NCBI RefSeq assembly: GCF_014280195.1
Contig: NZ_CP047960.1
Coordinates: 1,080,001-1,112,000, forward strand
Direction of reading: 5' to 3'
Source of the DNA: Synechococcus sp. A15-24
GTDB lineage: Bacteria > Cyanobacteriota > Cyanobacteriia > PCC-6307 > Cyanobiaceae
DNA length: 32,000 nt
The notes beneath the pieces were generated by a model. The model was not told the origin of the DNA. It did no database searches and saw only the letters and a program-made list of their open reading frames with translations. This document shows, one piece after another, positions 9,498 through 19,260 of this stretch (position 1 is the stretch's first letter; each line of letters starts with the position of its first letter). A program made the translations under genes and the position numbers.

Positions 9498-10632
9498 TCA
9501 TCCCCTTGAGGGTCGCCACAGATGATGGGGAGACGCGGTTGAGGTACCGGAAGATCCAGTACTTGAAGATCGTCGCCAGGATCACCGGGAAGGTGGCGAT
9601 GAACAACATGATGAAGTTCTCCTGGGTCGGCAGACCGAAGTGATGGGCGATTCCATCCAGGAGCACCGTCCAGCCTTCAGGGCTGTGGTAACCAACGAAG
9701 ATATCTGTGAACAAGATGATGGCGAAAGCCTTGGCGGAGTCACTCAGTCCGTAAATCGCTTCATCAAGGAATCCACGCAGCACCCGCAGCTGATCGCGAC
9801 TCACAAGGCAAACCACAACAAATGCCATCAGACCTGCCAGGTCAGCCAGCACGTTCTTGATCGCCTGAACACTTTCTTGATCAGCTTCCTGTTTAAGTTC
9901 CTGTGCCCTTTCCCTTAACTTGATCACCAACAGATCTGACGACAGCGGCTCCTGCCCTTTGAGAAGGGCATCGAATTCCAGCTCTTCTTTGTAAATCCGT
10001 AGTTTCTCCACGGCAACTTCCTCGAGCTGAGGTTTCGGGTAACTGAGGAACGAAAGATCGGGGGACAGACGCTCCACCGCTGGACCGACGATGTAAGTGT
10101 TCGACACCTGCTGGACCAACAGCGGTACCAACACCAACAGCAGAAGGATTCTCAGCGACGCCAGGGTTGAATCACGGCGACGGCGGAACCCTGCCACGAC
10201 GGATTCTTCCGAAGATGGATCAAGTTGCCGACGGACTGAATCAAAGACGCCCAGCAGTGAGCGAGGTAGCAGTTCGGGGGCGGTGCTCATGCCGCTTTTG
10301 CTGGTCGAGCGCTTGCCGGCATAGCGGCTCACAACGGTCTCGATCAGCTGGAGTTGCCGCAGCTCCTGTGGATCCAGCTGCCCTCGGTTGGGTGACACGG
10401 TGGAAAGGCTGGACCGGCAGATCTGAAGGGCGGTGTGGAACCGCCGAAGGACCGTGGCCTGGACGGAACGGGGAACAGAGAGTTCCAGCTCCGGCCGAAC
10501 TTTGCGGTCGGCGTAGAACTCCAGCTCGAGGCTTTGAATCAGAAGCGACGCCTCGTAGCCACGCTCCAACGCGTTGGTCAGGTTGTCGCCCTCACCCCGG
10601 GAGAACAGACCAATCCAGTTTCGCGTGGCCAT
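9484..10632 (-). CDS. cemA: Proton-extrusion / envelope membrane protein CemA (PxcA, Ycf10 homologue)
   Basis: 382 aa. The C-terminal membrane domain has [36 protein letters not shown], characteristic of CemA/PxcA. Confidence 0.85.
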   Translation of the reverse strand: [382 protein letters not shown]

Positions 10633-10644
10633 CGGCTCAGGCGA

Positions 10645-11361
10645 TCATCGGGAGAAAACCCACCAGGTCGCCATCGGGATGATGGTGCCCAGCACTAGCA
10701 GCACGATGATCCAGGTTGTGGCATTGCTGCTTTCTGTTTCCTCCTGGGTGGGAATGTTGGTGGGCAGGGTTGTGCGAACAATTTCTGCTGGTGGACCGGG
10801 ATCCTCACCACCACCGAGGACGGTGCTCAAACGATTGATGCCATCGAGGGTGGCTTGCCGGTAGCGGTCTCCCTCCCTGAGGGGAACGCTCATGGTGGTT
10901 CGCGCCGTACTAGTCAACAACGTTTCGGGAAGCTGAGATTGCAGCTTGGGGTCGGCAGCAATGGAGGCCCGCTTGTTCTGGGTTTCGATCAGAAGTAACA
11001 GAAGTGGTTCCGAATCTTCAGACGACCACTGAGCCAGAAGCTCCTCACCAAAACTGTCGAGGTTCAAGCCGTAATCAAGCCGGCGCAGCGTCACGACACG
11101 GGCATCAACGCGATCAGCAGCGAGATCCTGCAGCCGAGCGTTGAGTTCCGAACGACTGGCCCGGCTGAACACCTCAGCATCATCCAGCACACGTTCGTCT
11201 GGACGACTGGCGCCCAGATCCACAGGCGAGATGGCCTGGACCGCTAGGGGACAGGCAAGAACAACAAAAAGGCCAATGGCCGCAACAACTTTGGCGAGTC
11301 GACGCAGGGAAGACATCAGACCATCCCGAACAACAATCTTGAGCAGTCTGCCGTCAGGCAT
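10645..11361 (-). CDS. TPM-domain protein with signal peptide and C-terminal TM anchor (Psb32/TLP18.3-like)
   Basis: N-terminal hydrophobic signal, a TPM-like core (VLDDAEVFSRASRSELNARLQDL ... VVTLRRL) and a C-terminal helix WIIVLLVLGTIIPMATWWVF. Family call is from memory. Confidence 0.6.
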   Translation of the reverse strand: MPDGRLLKIVVRDGLMSSLRRLAKVVAAIGLFVVLACPLAVQAISPVDLGASRPDERVLDDAEVFSRASRSELNARLQDLAADRVDARVVTLRRLDYGLNLDSFGEELLAQWSSEDSEPLLLLLIETQNKRASIAADPKLQSQLPETLLTSTARTTMSVPLREGDRYRQATLDGINRLSTVLGGGEDPGPPAEIVRTTLPTNIPTQEETESSNATTWIIVLLVLGTIIPMATWWVFSR

Positions 11362-11761
11362 CCAGGCTGTCGCGGTTCAGCGCTTCAATGGCGACCAGAA
11401 TCGAAGCCGCTTCGCCTTCAGGTAGGGCCATCTGCTTCGACAGGCTTTCGAGGAACGCCGATTCTTCCTCGGTCACGGTGCGATCGGCGTGGGCGAGGTG
11501 TGCGGCCACGGCTAGGGCACTCTTCTGCTGGGGCAAGGTCAGAACAGGCAATGCCTCATCCACAAGCCAATTAACACCCTGATCTCGAAGACGGTGGAGC
11601 AGTTGGTCAAACAAATCCCCCATGTCAGCTTCAGAGCTGCTGCTGTACAGCGACCGATATTCCAGCTGTGCCCTCAGGGCATGGGCTTCATCACGTCCGA
11701 GGCTGCCGTCGCACGCCACGGCAGCAAGGGCAATCGCAGCAAAGGCTTCTGCGCTGTTCAT
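11354..11761 (-). CDS. TerB-like (tellurite-resistance TerB family) small soluble protein
   Basis: 135 aa with AFAAIALAAVACDGSLGRDEAHAL and HADRTVTEEESAFL repeats resembling the TerB fold family. Its stop overlaps the next gene start by 8 nt (ATGCCTGA). Confidence 0.45.
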   Translation of the reverse strand: MNSAEAFAAIALAAVACDGSLGRDEAHALRAQLEYRSLYSSSSEADMGDLFDQLLHRLRDQGVNWLVDEALPVLTLPQQKSALAVAAHLAHADRTVTEEESAFLESLSKQMALPEGEAASILVAIEALNRDSLDA

Positions 11762-11805
11762 GCGAATCAGGCATCACATCCACATTTGAGCAAGATGTGG
11801 CGGTT

Positions 11806-12486
11806 ATGCCAGCCCAGAATGGCCTGATGCCCACTCCCGCACGCGTTGTTCTCGGCTGTGCGTTGGTGTTATTAGCGCTGACGCTGCTCAATGCCGGCCT
11901 GGCTGACTCGTTCACCCCTGAACTGGAACGGGCTGAAGTCCTCTGCGGGATGGCCGCTGTTGGACTGATGTTGGTGGCTGTGCTCTGGACCAGGGCCGAT
12001 CCAACCCAGGCGAAACCTCGGCCACTTAGCGGTGAACAGGGTTTGCAGTTGGCTCGTGATTTGGACCAAACGATCAGGGAAGAGCTGGCCTGGGGAAGCC
12101 ACATGCTGTTGACGGCGACACCGGCAGCCACCCTTCTGGTTTTTTGGCGTGATCAAGTCATCCTTCGCCGCGGATTGCTGGGCGACGGTGATGCAGCGTT
12201 TACACCCGGTCCAATCTGTCGACGTGCCATGGATCGCCAAACATCAATCAGTCTGGTCAACACAACCCTGTTCCCCGGTCGCCATGAATTTGATCCCGTT
12301 CTCGACAGCCTTCCGGCTGTGCTGATCGTGCCCCTGGCATCAGAAGGAGTGTTGATTCTCGGGGGGTGGTCTGAACGCTGCTTCAGTCAGGCCGATGAGC
12401 AATGGCTTGAAGGCTGGGGGGCACGGCTCAGAACGAAACTCGAGGCCGTGACGACGGAGGGGTGCTGCGGGATTGATCCGGCCTGA
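11806..12486 (+). CDS. Membrane protein, possibly CCB2/CCB4-like (cofactor assembly of complex C, DUF2930)
   Basis: Start chosen at ATG 11806 because the ORF-track start 11668 overlaps the TerB-like gene on the other strand. Two N-terminal helices are followed by a GAF-like C-terminal domain (LFPGRHEFDPVL..LIVPLASEGVLILGGW). Family call is tentative. Confidence 0.45.
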   Translation: MPAQNGLMPTPARVVLGCALVLLALTLLNAGLADSFTPELERAEVLCGMAAVGLMLVAVLWTRADPTQAKPRPLSGEQGLQLARDLDQTIREELAWGSHMLLTATPAATLLVFWRDQVILRRGLLGDGDAAFTPGPICRRAMDRQTSISLVNTTLFPGRHEFDPVLDSLPAVLIVPLASEGVLILGGWSERCFSQADEQWLEGWGARLRTKLEAVTTEGCCGIDPA

Positions 12487-13582
12487 AGCGAATGCTGGAT
12501 TGCACCCGTTGTCCAGTTGACCCAAAACGGACGCCTTCCTCTGATCCCAGTTGCCCCTCCATCCGTGGAGCCCTGGTCTCCTGGTCGGGATCCTGTCGCC
12601 TCAGCACCACATCCCCATCAGCCACCACACTGTTGGTCACCCAGTTCCAGCTGCAGCGATGGGCTTTCAAGTACTCCCCAGGCTGTGTCAGTTGACAGGC
12701 CTTGGAAATGATGACGGTCGTAGCCGTTTCGTCGATCACAAATCCGTCCCCTGTGGCGGTGGCGTCCTGGCGTTTGCCCTGGAACGGAGCGAAGGATCGG
12801 AGTTGTTGTTCAGCAAAGTTCCAGCGCGTGGTCCCCGCGTTGATGGCACCATCCTTCTGCTCCAGGCGAACGGGCTGAATCAGATCGAGGAAGCCTTGCT
12901 GGGTGTTGCCCTGCAGGGCAGATGCTGTGACGGTCAAGTCCTTGCTGCGCAGAGCGCGAACGGGGCCGCGCACCCCCAGTTCGCCCGTTTCCAGATTCCA
13001 ACGGCCGTTGCTGGCTCTGATGTCGGTGTCTGGATCCACATCTGATTCTCGGCGTTGTGTCCAGCGCAGGAGTTGTGTCGGGCCCTCAAAACGAAGGATG
13101 TTGCTGGACTGAACCAAGGTCAGCCGTTCGGCCGTCAACCGCGAGGTTTCATCCAAAGCCTCCGGGTTCTGATCCATCACCATGCGATCTTCCGCGGGTC
13201 TCCAAACCAACCGATCCCCTCGGATCAGCACGGTTTGGTCTTGCAGTTGCTTGAGCTGCACCTTGCCTTCCAGGATCACCATTTCGCCGTCGTTCAGCAC
13301 AGTGGCCAGTTCGGCACTGATGCGAAACGAAGGCTGATCGTCCTTGTAAAGAACGCCAGTGGGGCGTCGGGCGCGAACCGTGCGGCTCGATAGGTCATAC
13401 CGCGCTTCAGGGCTGCTGAGATCCCAGTCCCTCTGGCCATCCTTGCGACGTTGGTTGAGGTCGAGGGAACGGAAGACGAAGGGCGGGGCGGAATCCTGTT
13501 GAGATGCCGGTTGCTGGGTGCAACTGATCAGACCGCTGCTCAGCAACAGTGCAGGGATCAGCAGCAGAGAACGATCCATCAC
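12428..13582 (-). CDS. Lipoprotein, possibly LptC/OstA-like periplasmic LPS-transport protein
   Basis: Signal plus lipobox-like LSSGLISC. The body has repeated beta-rich segments resembling the LptC/LptA fold. The start abuts the metG stop with no gap. The functional call is weak; the CDS call itself is stronger. Confidence 0.45.
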   Translation of the reverse strand: MMDRSLLLIPALLLSSGLISCTQQPASQQDSAPPFVFRSLDLNQRRKDGQRDWDLSSPEARYDLSSRTVRARRPTGVLYKDDQPSFRISAELATVLNDGEMVILEGKVQLKQLQDQTVLIRGDRLVWRPAEDRMVMDQNPEALDETSRLTAERLTLVQSSNILRFEGPTQLLRWTQRRESDVDPDTDIRASNGRWNLETGELGVRGPVRALRSKDLTVTASALQGNTQQGFLDLIQPVRLEQKDGAINAGTTRWNFAEQQLRSFAPFQGKRQDATATGDGFVIDETATTVIISKACQLTQPGEYLKAHRCSWNWVTNSVVADGDVVLRRQDPDQETRAPRMEGQLGSEEGVRFGSTGQRVQSSIRFRPDQSRSTPPSSRPRVSF

Positions 13583-15127
13583 TCAGAGGGACTCCTCGAG
13601 TTCGAGGCGCTGCATCACCGGAGATGGTTTGGGGAGAGACGCACCACTCACCAGGCCACCCCAGCTCAGCTGTTCGGTCCACCCATCGGGATTAATGCTG
13701 GTGCCGAGCTGCTCCAGGATTCGATTGCTCAAGTCCGGCAGCAGTGGATTGAGCAGCAGTCCCACAATCCGGGTGGCTTCCAGAACGGCATAGAGGTCAT
13801 CGCCGACTTCGGATTCCAGGCCTGGTTGCTTCATCCGGCTCCAGGGCGCTGTGTCGTTGAGATGACCATTGGCTGCGATCGCCAGCTGGAGAACGGCTTC
13901 CGCTGCCGGCTTGAAGCCAAGCGACGGCATGGATGTCACAACCGTTGTAACGGCGGTGTTGGCCGTCGCGGCAAGGGGATGGTGGGGACCCACGGCATCG
14001 GTGTGGGGTGGAACAGCATCAGCGAACCATTTCCTGGCCATGGATGATGTGCGGTTGAGCAGGTTGCCGATGGTGTTGGCCAGGTCGTTGTTCACCACAT
14101 CAACGAAGCGCTGCTGTTGAAAATCGCCGTCGTCCCCAAATTGGATGTCGCGCAGCAGATACCAACGAACGGCATCTGATCCGCAGCACTCGAGAAGATG
14201 TTCCGGGTCGAGCACATTGCCCAGCGACTTGCCCATCTTCAAGCCTTCCCGGGTGAGAAAGCCGTGGCCGAAGACGGACTTCGGCAGAGGCAGTCCTGCA
14301 GACATCAGCATCGCCGGCCAGAACACGGCATGGAAACGGAGGATGTCCTTGCCGATCACATGCACGGATGCCGGCCAGCCGCACTGCTCCAGACGCTCCA
14401 GCGCGACCGCCCCCCCGTCATCCAGCAGCGCTGTGAGGTAGCCCAGCAAGGCATCGAACCACACGTAAAAGGTGTGGCCCTCATGGCCTGGCACGGGCAG
14501 GCCCCAGCTCACATTCACCCGCGAGATTGAGAAGTCCCTCAGCCCCTGGGCGACGAAATTTCTTACCTCCTGGCGTCGGTTCGCCGGTTGGATGAAGTCG
14601 TCCCTTGCCACCAGCTCTTCGATCTGCGACTGGTAGTGGGAGAGGCGGAAGAACAGGTTCTCCTCATCCCGCCACTCCAGCGGCTTCTGGTGGATCGGGC
14701 AGCTGGGATCGACGGCCTCGGCTGGATCGTCTTTGTATTCCTCGCATCCGACGCAGTACCAACCGGTCTGCCGGCCGCTGATGACGTCCCCTGATGCTTT
14801 GACGCGGGCGAAGAACTGATCGACCAGCTGCAGATGACGGGGATCTGTGGTGCGAACGAAGCGGTCCTGACTGATCCCCCAGCGTGACCAGAGGTCGCGG
14901 TAGGTGCCACTGATGGAATCGCAGTGTTGTTGCGGGCTCAGCTGCCGGGCTTCAGCCGTTCGCTGGATCTTCTGTCCGTGCTCGTCAACACCGGTGACGA
15001 ACATCACAGCGTTGCCGTTCAACCGCTGGAAGCGCGCCAGGGCGTCACAGGCCAGGGTTGTGTAGGTGCTGCCCAGGTGCGGCCGATCGTTGACGTAATA
15101 GAGCGGAGTCGTGAGGGTGTAGGGCAT
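13583..15127 (-). CDS. metG: Methionyl-tRNA synthetase
   Basis: TTPLYYVNDRPHLGSTY (HIGH-type region), zinc-knuckle Cys pairs (CVGCEEY..CPIH) and KMGKSLGN (KMSKS). Start set at ATG 15127 (MPYTLTTPLYYVN) rather than the ORF-track 15181. Confidence 0.95.
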   Translation of the reverse strand: MPYTLTTPLYYVNDRPHLGSTYTTLACDALARFQRLNGNAVMFVTGVDEHGQKIQRTAEARQLSPQQHCDSISGTYRDLWSRWGISQDRFVRTTDPRHLQLVDQFFARVKASGDVISGRQTGWYCVGCEEYKDDPAEAVDPSCPIHQKPLEWRDEENLFFRLSHYQSQIEELVARDDFIQPANRRQEVRNFVAQGLRDFSISRVNVSWGLPVPGHEGHTFYVWFDALLGYLTALLDDGGAVALERLEQCGWPASVHVIGKDILRFHAVFWPAMLMSAGLPLPKSVFGHGFLTREGLKMGKSLGNVLDPEHLLECCGSDAVRWYLLRDIQFGDDGDFQQQRFVDVVNNDLANTIGNLLNRTSSMARKWFADAVPPHTDAVGPHHPLAATANTAVTTVVTSMPSLGFKPAAEAVLQLAIAANGHLNDTAPWSRMKQPGLESEVGDDLYAVLEATRIVGLLLNPLLPDLSNRILEQLGTSINPDGWTEQLSWGGLVSGASLPKPSPVMQRLELEESL

Positions 15128-15201
15128 CGTTGGGTCCGGACCTCCGCCGCACAACGCGACGCCGGATCCTAACGACCGCACTTTTCTGTTTTGTTGCCCG
15201 T

Positions 15202-16962
15202 ATGACCTGGGACGTGATCGTCTGGGGAGGTGGCACCGGTGGTGTGGCCGCTGCCGTTCAGGCAGCGCGCTCAGGCGCGCGGACGTTGCTGTTGACCCCA
15301 GGGCCGTGGTTGGGGGGAATGCTCAGTGCCGCCGGGGTGAGTGCCCCTGATGGCCATGAACTGAGCTGCTGGCAGACGGGGCTCTGGGGGCAGTTCATCC
15401 GAACCCTGGCTTCCAGCGTGCCCGAAGGCCTTGATCAGAACTGGGTCAGCTGTTTCGGATTCCGGCCTAAACAGGCTGAGCGTTTGCTGCAGAGCTGGGT
15501 TCGAGCGGAGCCATTCCTCGAGTGGTGGTCCGGTTGTCGCTTGGGTGGGATTGATCGCCGGGGTGATCGCATTCAGACCCTGGAGGTGGAATGCAATCGC
15601 AAACGCCATCGACTGGACAGCCGCATCTGGATCGACGGCAGCGATCTGGGCGAGCTGATCGCCCTGGCGGAAGCACCGTTCCGTTGGGGGTGGGAGTCCC
15701 GTGAAACCTGGAATGAACCCAGTGCTCCATCGGCTGATGCCCTGGCGAAAGCCCCTTTTTTCAGCCGGCAGCCCGTGCAGTCCCCCACCTGGGTGGTGAT
15801 GGGCCAGCTCACGGCAGCGACTCCCCATTCCCCGGCGACGGTTGCTCCAGCGGCTCCCTTTGCCGATGCGCTGGATGCGTTTGGGCTGGAGCGAACGCTC
15901 ACCTATGGCCGCCTGCCAGGTGGGCTTGTGATGTTGAACTGGCCTCTGGGCGGTAACGACTGGCATCAAGGGCTGGGGCGTTCCATTGCGCCGCTGGCAT
16001 CGGACCGTGATGCCCTGGATCAGGAGATGCAGGAGCACAGCCTGCAGTTTCTGGAACAACTCTCCAGCTGCAGCAATGGTTGGCTGACCTGTGGTAAGGC
16101 CTTCCCCTCATCCAGACCACACCTCGCCTTGATGCCCTACTGGCGGGAAGGGCGTCGCATGATCGGTCAGTCGGTGGTGTCCGAACTGGATCTCCTGCCG
16201 GTGACGAACCAGGCGAGGCGCAGTCGCCTGCCCGCCACAAGCATCGCCGTGGGCACCTACGCCAATGATCACCATTACCCCGGCGACGACTGGCCGCTGG
16301 CTCCGAAGAGTTGTCGTTGGGGTGGACGCTGGACCGGCACCCCCTTCTGTATACCGTTCGAGGCTCTGGTGAGCGACGAGGTGTCCAATCTGCTCGCCGC
16401 CGAGAAGTGCTTCAGCGTCAGCCACATCGCCAATGGGGCGACCCGGCTGCAACCACTGATCCTCAATATCGGCCAGGCCGCTGGACTGGCTGCGGCCCTG
16501 GCCGTGCGTTCCAACCATGATCTGCGTGAGCTGCCTGTGGATTCTCTGCAGCAACAGCTGATTGATGACCCACACGCACCTGCTGCCGTGATGCCCATCT
16601 GGGACTGGCCCTGCTGGCATCCGCACTGGCGCGAGGCCCAGCATCGGGCCGTGCGCAATCCAGATGCCTTGCTGCAGGACGGATCACTGGCGTCTGCACA
16701 AGCTTCCGATTTATCGCTCCCGGCTGCTGCTGCTGCTCCTTCTGAGTGCCATGGTCAGCAGATCCAGGGACGGTTTCGCCGCGATGCGGATGGTTTGCGC
16801 TACTGGCTGGAGTCAGGCTCGATCCGTCGCCAGCTGATCACCCTGGAGCCATCCGTGGAACGGGTCCTCTCCGGTGCAGCGGATGGAACGCAGATGGATC
16901 TGGTCGCCGTCCACAACCCCTGGGGCCCCTGGTGGCGGGTCAGCCAATTGCTCACTCACTGA
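15202..16962 (+). CDS. FAD-dependent oxidoreductase (FAD_oxidored-type), substrate unknown
   Basis: N-terminal dinucleotide-binding motif DVIVWGGGTGGVAAAVQAARSG. Start set at ATG 15202 (MTWDVIVWGGG). Confidence 0.6.
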   Translation: MTWDVIVWGGGTGGVAAAVQAARSGARTLLLTPGPWLGGMLSAAGVSAPDGHELSCWQTGLWGQFIRTLASSVPEGLDQNWVSCFGFRPKQAERLLQSWVRAEPFLEWWSGCRLGGIDRRGDRIQTLEVECNRKRHRLDSRIWIDGSDLGELIALAEAPFRWGWESRETWNEPSAPSADALAKAPFFSRQPVQSPTWVVMGQLTAATPHSPATVAPAAPFADALDAFGLERTLTYGRLPGGLVMLNWPLGGNDWHQGLGRSIAPLASDRDALDQEMQEHSLQFLEQLSSCSNGWLTCGKAFPSSRPHLALMPYWREGRRMIGQSVVSELDLLPVTNQARRSRLPATSIAVGTYANDHHYPGDDWPLAPKSCRWGGRWTGTPFCIPFEALVSDEVSNLLAAEKCFSVSHIANGATRLQPLILNIGQAAGLAAALAVRSNHDLRELPVDSLQQQLIDDPHAPAAVMPIWDWPCWHPHWREAQHRAVRNPDALLQDGSLASAQASDLSLPAAAAAPSECHGQQIQGRFRRDADGLRYWLESGSIRRQLITLEPSVERVLSGAADGTQMDLVAVHNPWGPWWRVSQLLTH

Positions 16963-18989
16963 AAGCGCAGCTTCAGCTCGCCTCGTTCTGGATCGACATG
17001 AAGCACTGTCATCGTCAGCAGCTGGCCTGGCGCTGGATCCTCCCCGTCGGCATGACCCACCAGATCCATCGCCAGATCCGGCACGTGAACCAGCGCCAGC
17101 CGATCCTGAGGGCGTAGCCAACGCAGGAACTGCACTGACCACTGTTGGTCGCGATGCTGTTCAAGCCACACCTGTTGCCAGTGGCGCTGGTCCTCCCGAC
17201 TGATCTGGATCGCCTGCCGCAGGGGATTCTCCAACGCATCCAGCTGCTCACGCAGCAGGGGCTCCGACATCACGGGCCTCTGCTCGATCCAGGCCATCAA
17301 CTGGCGATGGGCCAACAGGTCGGCGTAACGACGGATGGGTGAGGTGGCCTGCACGTAGGCCTCCAATCCGAGACTGAAGTGGGGCATCGGTGATGTGCCC
17401 TGCAGACCTCGACTGAGACAGCGTTTCACTGCTGCATCACGGGCAGGGCCCTCCGGGATCTCCGCCAACTCATGCGCACTGGGGAGCTCCGCTGGTGGCT
17501 GGCTGCGATAAGGCAGGGCCATCCCTTCCTTGCGACCGATCTCTGCCACAACGGCACCCATCAGCAACATCGCCTCACTGACCATCACTCGAGCTGGAGA
17601 GGGATCGATCACCTGAAGCTCAGGACCGCTTGCGCCGCGGCGGAACCGTCCTTCCTGGCGTTCAAAGTTGATGGCTCCCCGACGCTGACGCCAGTTGAAG
17701 CGACGTTTGAGCAGGGAGGACAACTGGGCGAGGTCCTCATCCCCGGGGGGGGCCAGTTCGATCAGTTCATCGCCATCTTCATAGGTGAGCCGGTAACGGG
17801 GTTGCACCCAGGAGCGCTGACAGCGGCTGGCCACGACCGCACCCTGGTCATCCAGGAGCACACCGACACTGAGAGCAGGGCAACGCTGCCCTGCACGGAG
17901 ACTGAAGACCTCTGTGGCGAGCTTGAGTGGCAGCATCGGCAGCACGCCATCCGCCAGATACAAACTGGTGGCTCGTCGACGGGCCTCATGGTCCAGGGGG
18001 CTGTCCGGTTCGATCAGCCGTGCCGGATCAGCGATGTGGATCCAGATCCAGGGGTCACCATCGACAGGCTCCAGTGCCAGGCCGTCGTCGATTTCCTGGG
18101 TGCTGGCGTCATCCAGGGTGTAAACCCGTTGTGCCGTCAGATCCACACGGGTGTCATCACCGGAACAGGTGTCAGCTGCCCTGGCCAGCAACTCGCCAAT
18201 GATCTCAGCGTTCGCTTCCGGAAGATGGCTCGACCACGCACTGCCGCGCAACGCGCTGGGTTGGTGAGGATCCAACAGCTCACGTGCCACAAGCCAGGTC
18301 TTCAGGGCCTTGCGATCGGGGGGCAGCCCCAGCAGCTGGAGTAAGCCCAGCCCAGGCATTTCGCCCAGGTCCGCTTCCGGCCCGTGGACCAGCTCCAGCA
18401 GCTGATCAAGGCGGTCGGACCAGCTGGGATCCAGCAGCTGGCGTCGTTGCTCTGTCAGTGGAGCTGACTCCTGCAACAGGGCCAACTGGCGAAGGTCATG
18501 CTCCCGTTGCAGATGCTCCCGTCGCTGTTTAAGCCGCTGTTGGCGAATCTCATTCAAGGGGCGCGCCTGCAGGGTCCGATCCCGTCGCAGTCGGAACCAG
18601 ATCTGAGGACCATTCAGCCAGCTCCAGACGGCCGCCAGCGCAATGAGATCAGGCTGTCCCACAAGCAGATCGGTCAGATCGCTCAGGGAGATCCAAGGGA
18701 TGGTGTCATCCGTGACATCACTCACCAGCAGCCACCAGGCCTCTGCACTGACCCTTGGTGACAGAACAATGGACTGCACCTGCTCCGGTGTGGGCAGCAC
18801 AGAACGGCGAACCGAGTCGCTCAGCTCTCCGCAGGGAACAAGCTCCCGCAGTGGAATCTCCTGATCCCGTCGTTGTCCACCAAATGCCAAGACCGCCTTG
18901 CTGCCCTTGCAGGACAACAGGCGGCCGATGAGGGGCTGACCCTTAAGCAAAACGCCGACGATGTCGTCGGTCTGGAAATCACTTGCCAA
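16956..18989 (-). CDS. RNase II / RNase R family 3'-5' exoribonuclease (RNB domain)
   Basis: RNB catalytic motifs: DDASTQEIDDGLALE, and TSPIRRYADLLAHRQL near the C-terminal part. 677 aa. Confidence 0.85.
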   Translation of the reverse strand: MASDFQTDDIVGVLLKGQPLIGRLLSCKGSKAVLAFGGQRRDQEIPLRELVPCGELSDSVRRSVLPTPEQVQSIVLSPRVSAEAWWLLVSDVTDDTIPWISLSDLTDLLVGQPDLIALAAVWSWLNGPQIWFRLRRDRTLQARPLNEIRQQRLKQRREHLQREHDLRQLALLQESAPLTEQRRQLLDPSWSDRLDQLLELVHGPEADLGEMPGLGLLQLLGLPPDRKALKTWLVARELLDPHQPSALRGSAWSSHLPEANAEIIGELLARAADTCSGDDTRVDLTAQRVYTLDDASTQEIDDGLALEPVDGDPWIWIHIADPARLIEPDSPLDHEARRRATSLYLADGVLPMLPLKLATEVFSLRAGQRCPALSVGVLLDDQGAVVASRCQRSWVQPRYRLTYEDGDELIELAPPGDEDLAQLSSLLKRRFNWRQRRGAINFERQEGRFRRGASGPELQVIDPSPARVMVSEAMLLMGAVVAEIGRKEGMALPYRSQPPAELPSAHELAEIPEGPARDAAVKRCLSRGLQGTSPMPHFSLGLEAYVQATSPIRRYADLLAHRQLMAWIEQRPVMSEPLLREQLDALENPLRQAIQISREDQRHWQQVWLEQHRDQQWSVQFLRWLRPQDRLALVHVPDLAMDLVGHADGEDPAPGQLLTMTVLHVDPERGELKLRFQ

Positions 18990-19000
18990 GGCTGAAGCGA

Positions 19001-19222
19001 TCAGCCCTCGGGATTCACGAAGGGCAGCAGGGCAACGATGCGTGCACGCTTCACCGCATTGGTGAGATCACGCTGCTGTTTGGCAGTGAGACCCGTCAGT
19101 CGGCGGGGAAGGATCTTGCCGCGTTCAGTGATGAACTTCTTGAGCAGATCCACATCCTTGTAATCAATGGGATCGCCAGGCTTGATCGGAGAAAGGCGCT
19201 TCTTGAAGAAGGAGCTGGACAT
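19001..19222 (-). CDS. rpsR: 30S ribosomal protein S18
   Basis: [50 protein letters not shown] is a textbook S18 sequence. Confidence 0.95.
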
Positions 19223-19260
19223 GGGTCAGGAACGGTTAGAAGAGAATCGAAACTGCAAGA

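Noticed and set aside
11668-11805. N-terminal extension of the CCB-like ORF (start 11668). Similar extensions occur at 15130-15201 (FAD oxidoreductase), 15128-15181 (metG), 19456-19491 (rpmG) and 30888-31277 (the 90-aa ORF).
   Set aside because: The extensions overlap neighbouring well-supported genes or encode Arg/Cys-rich junk. Internal ATGs coincide with the start of the recognisable conserved sequence.
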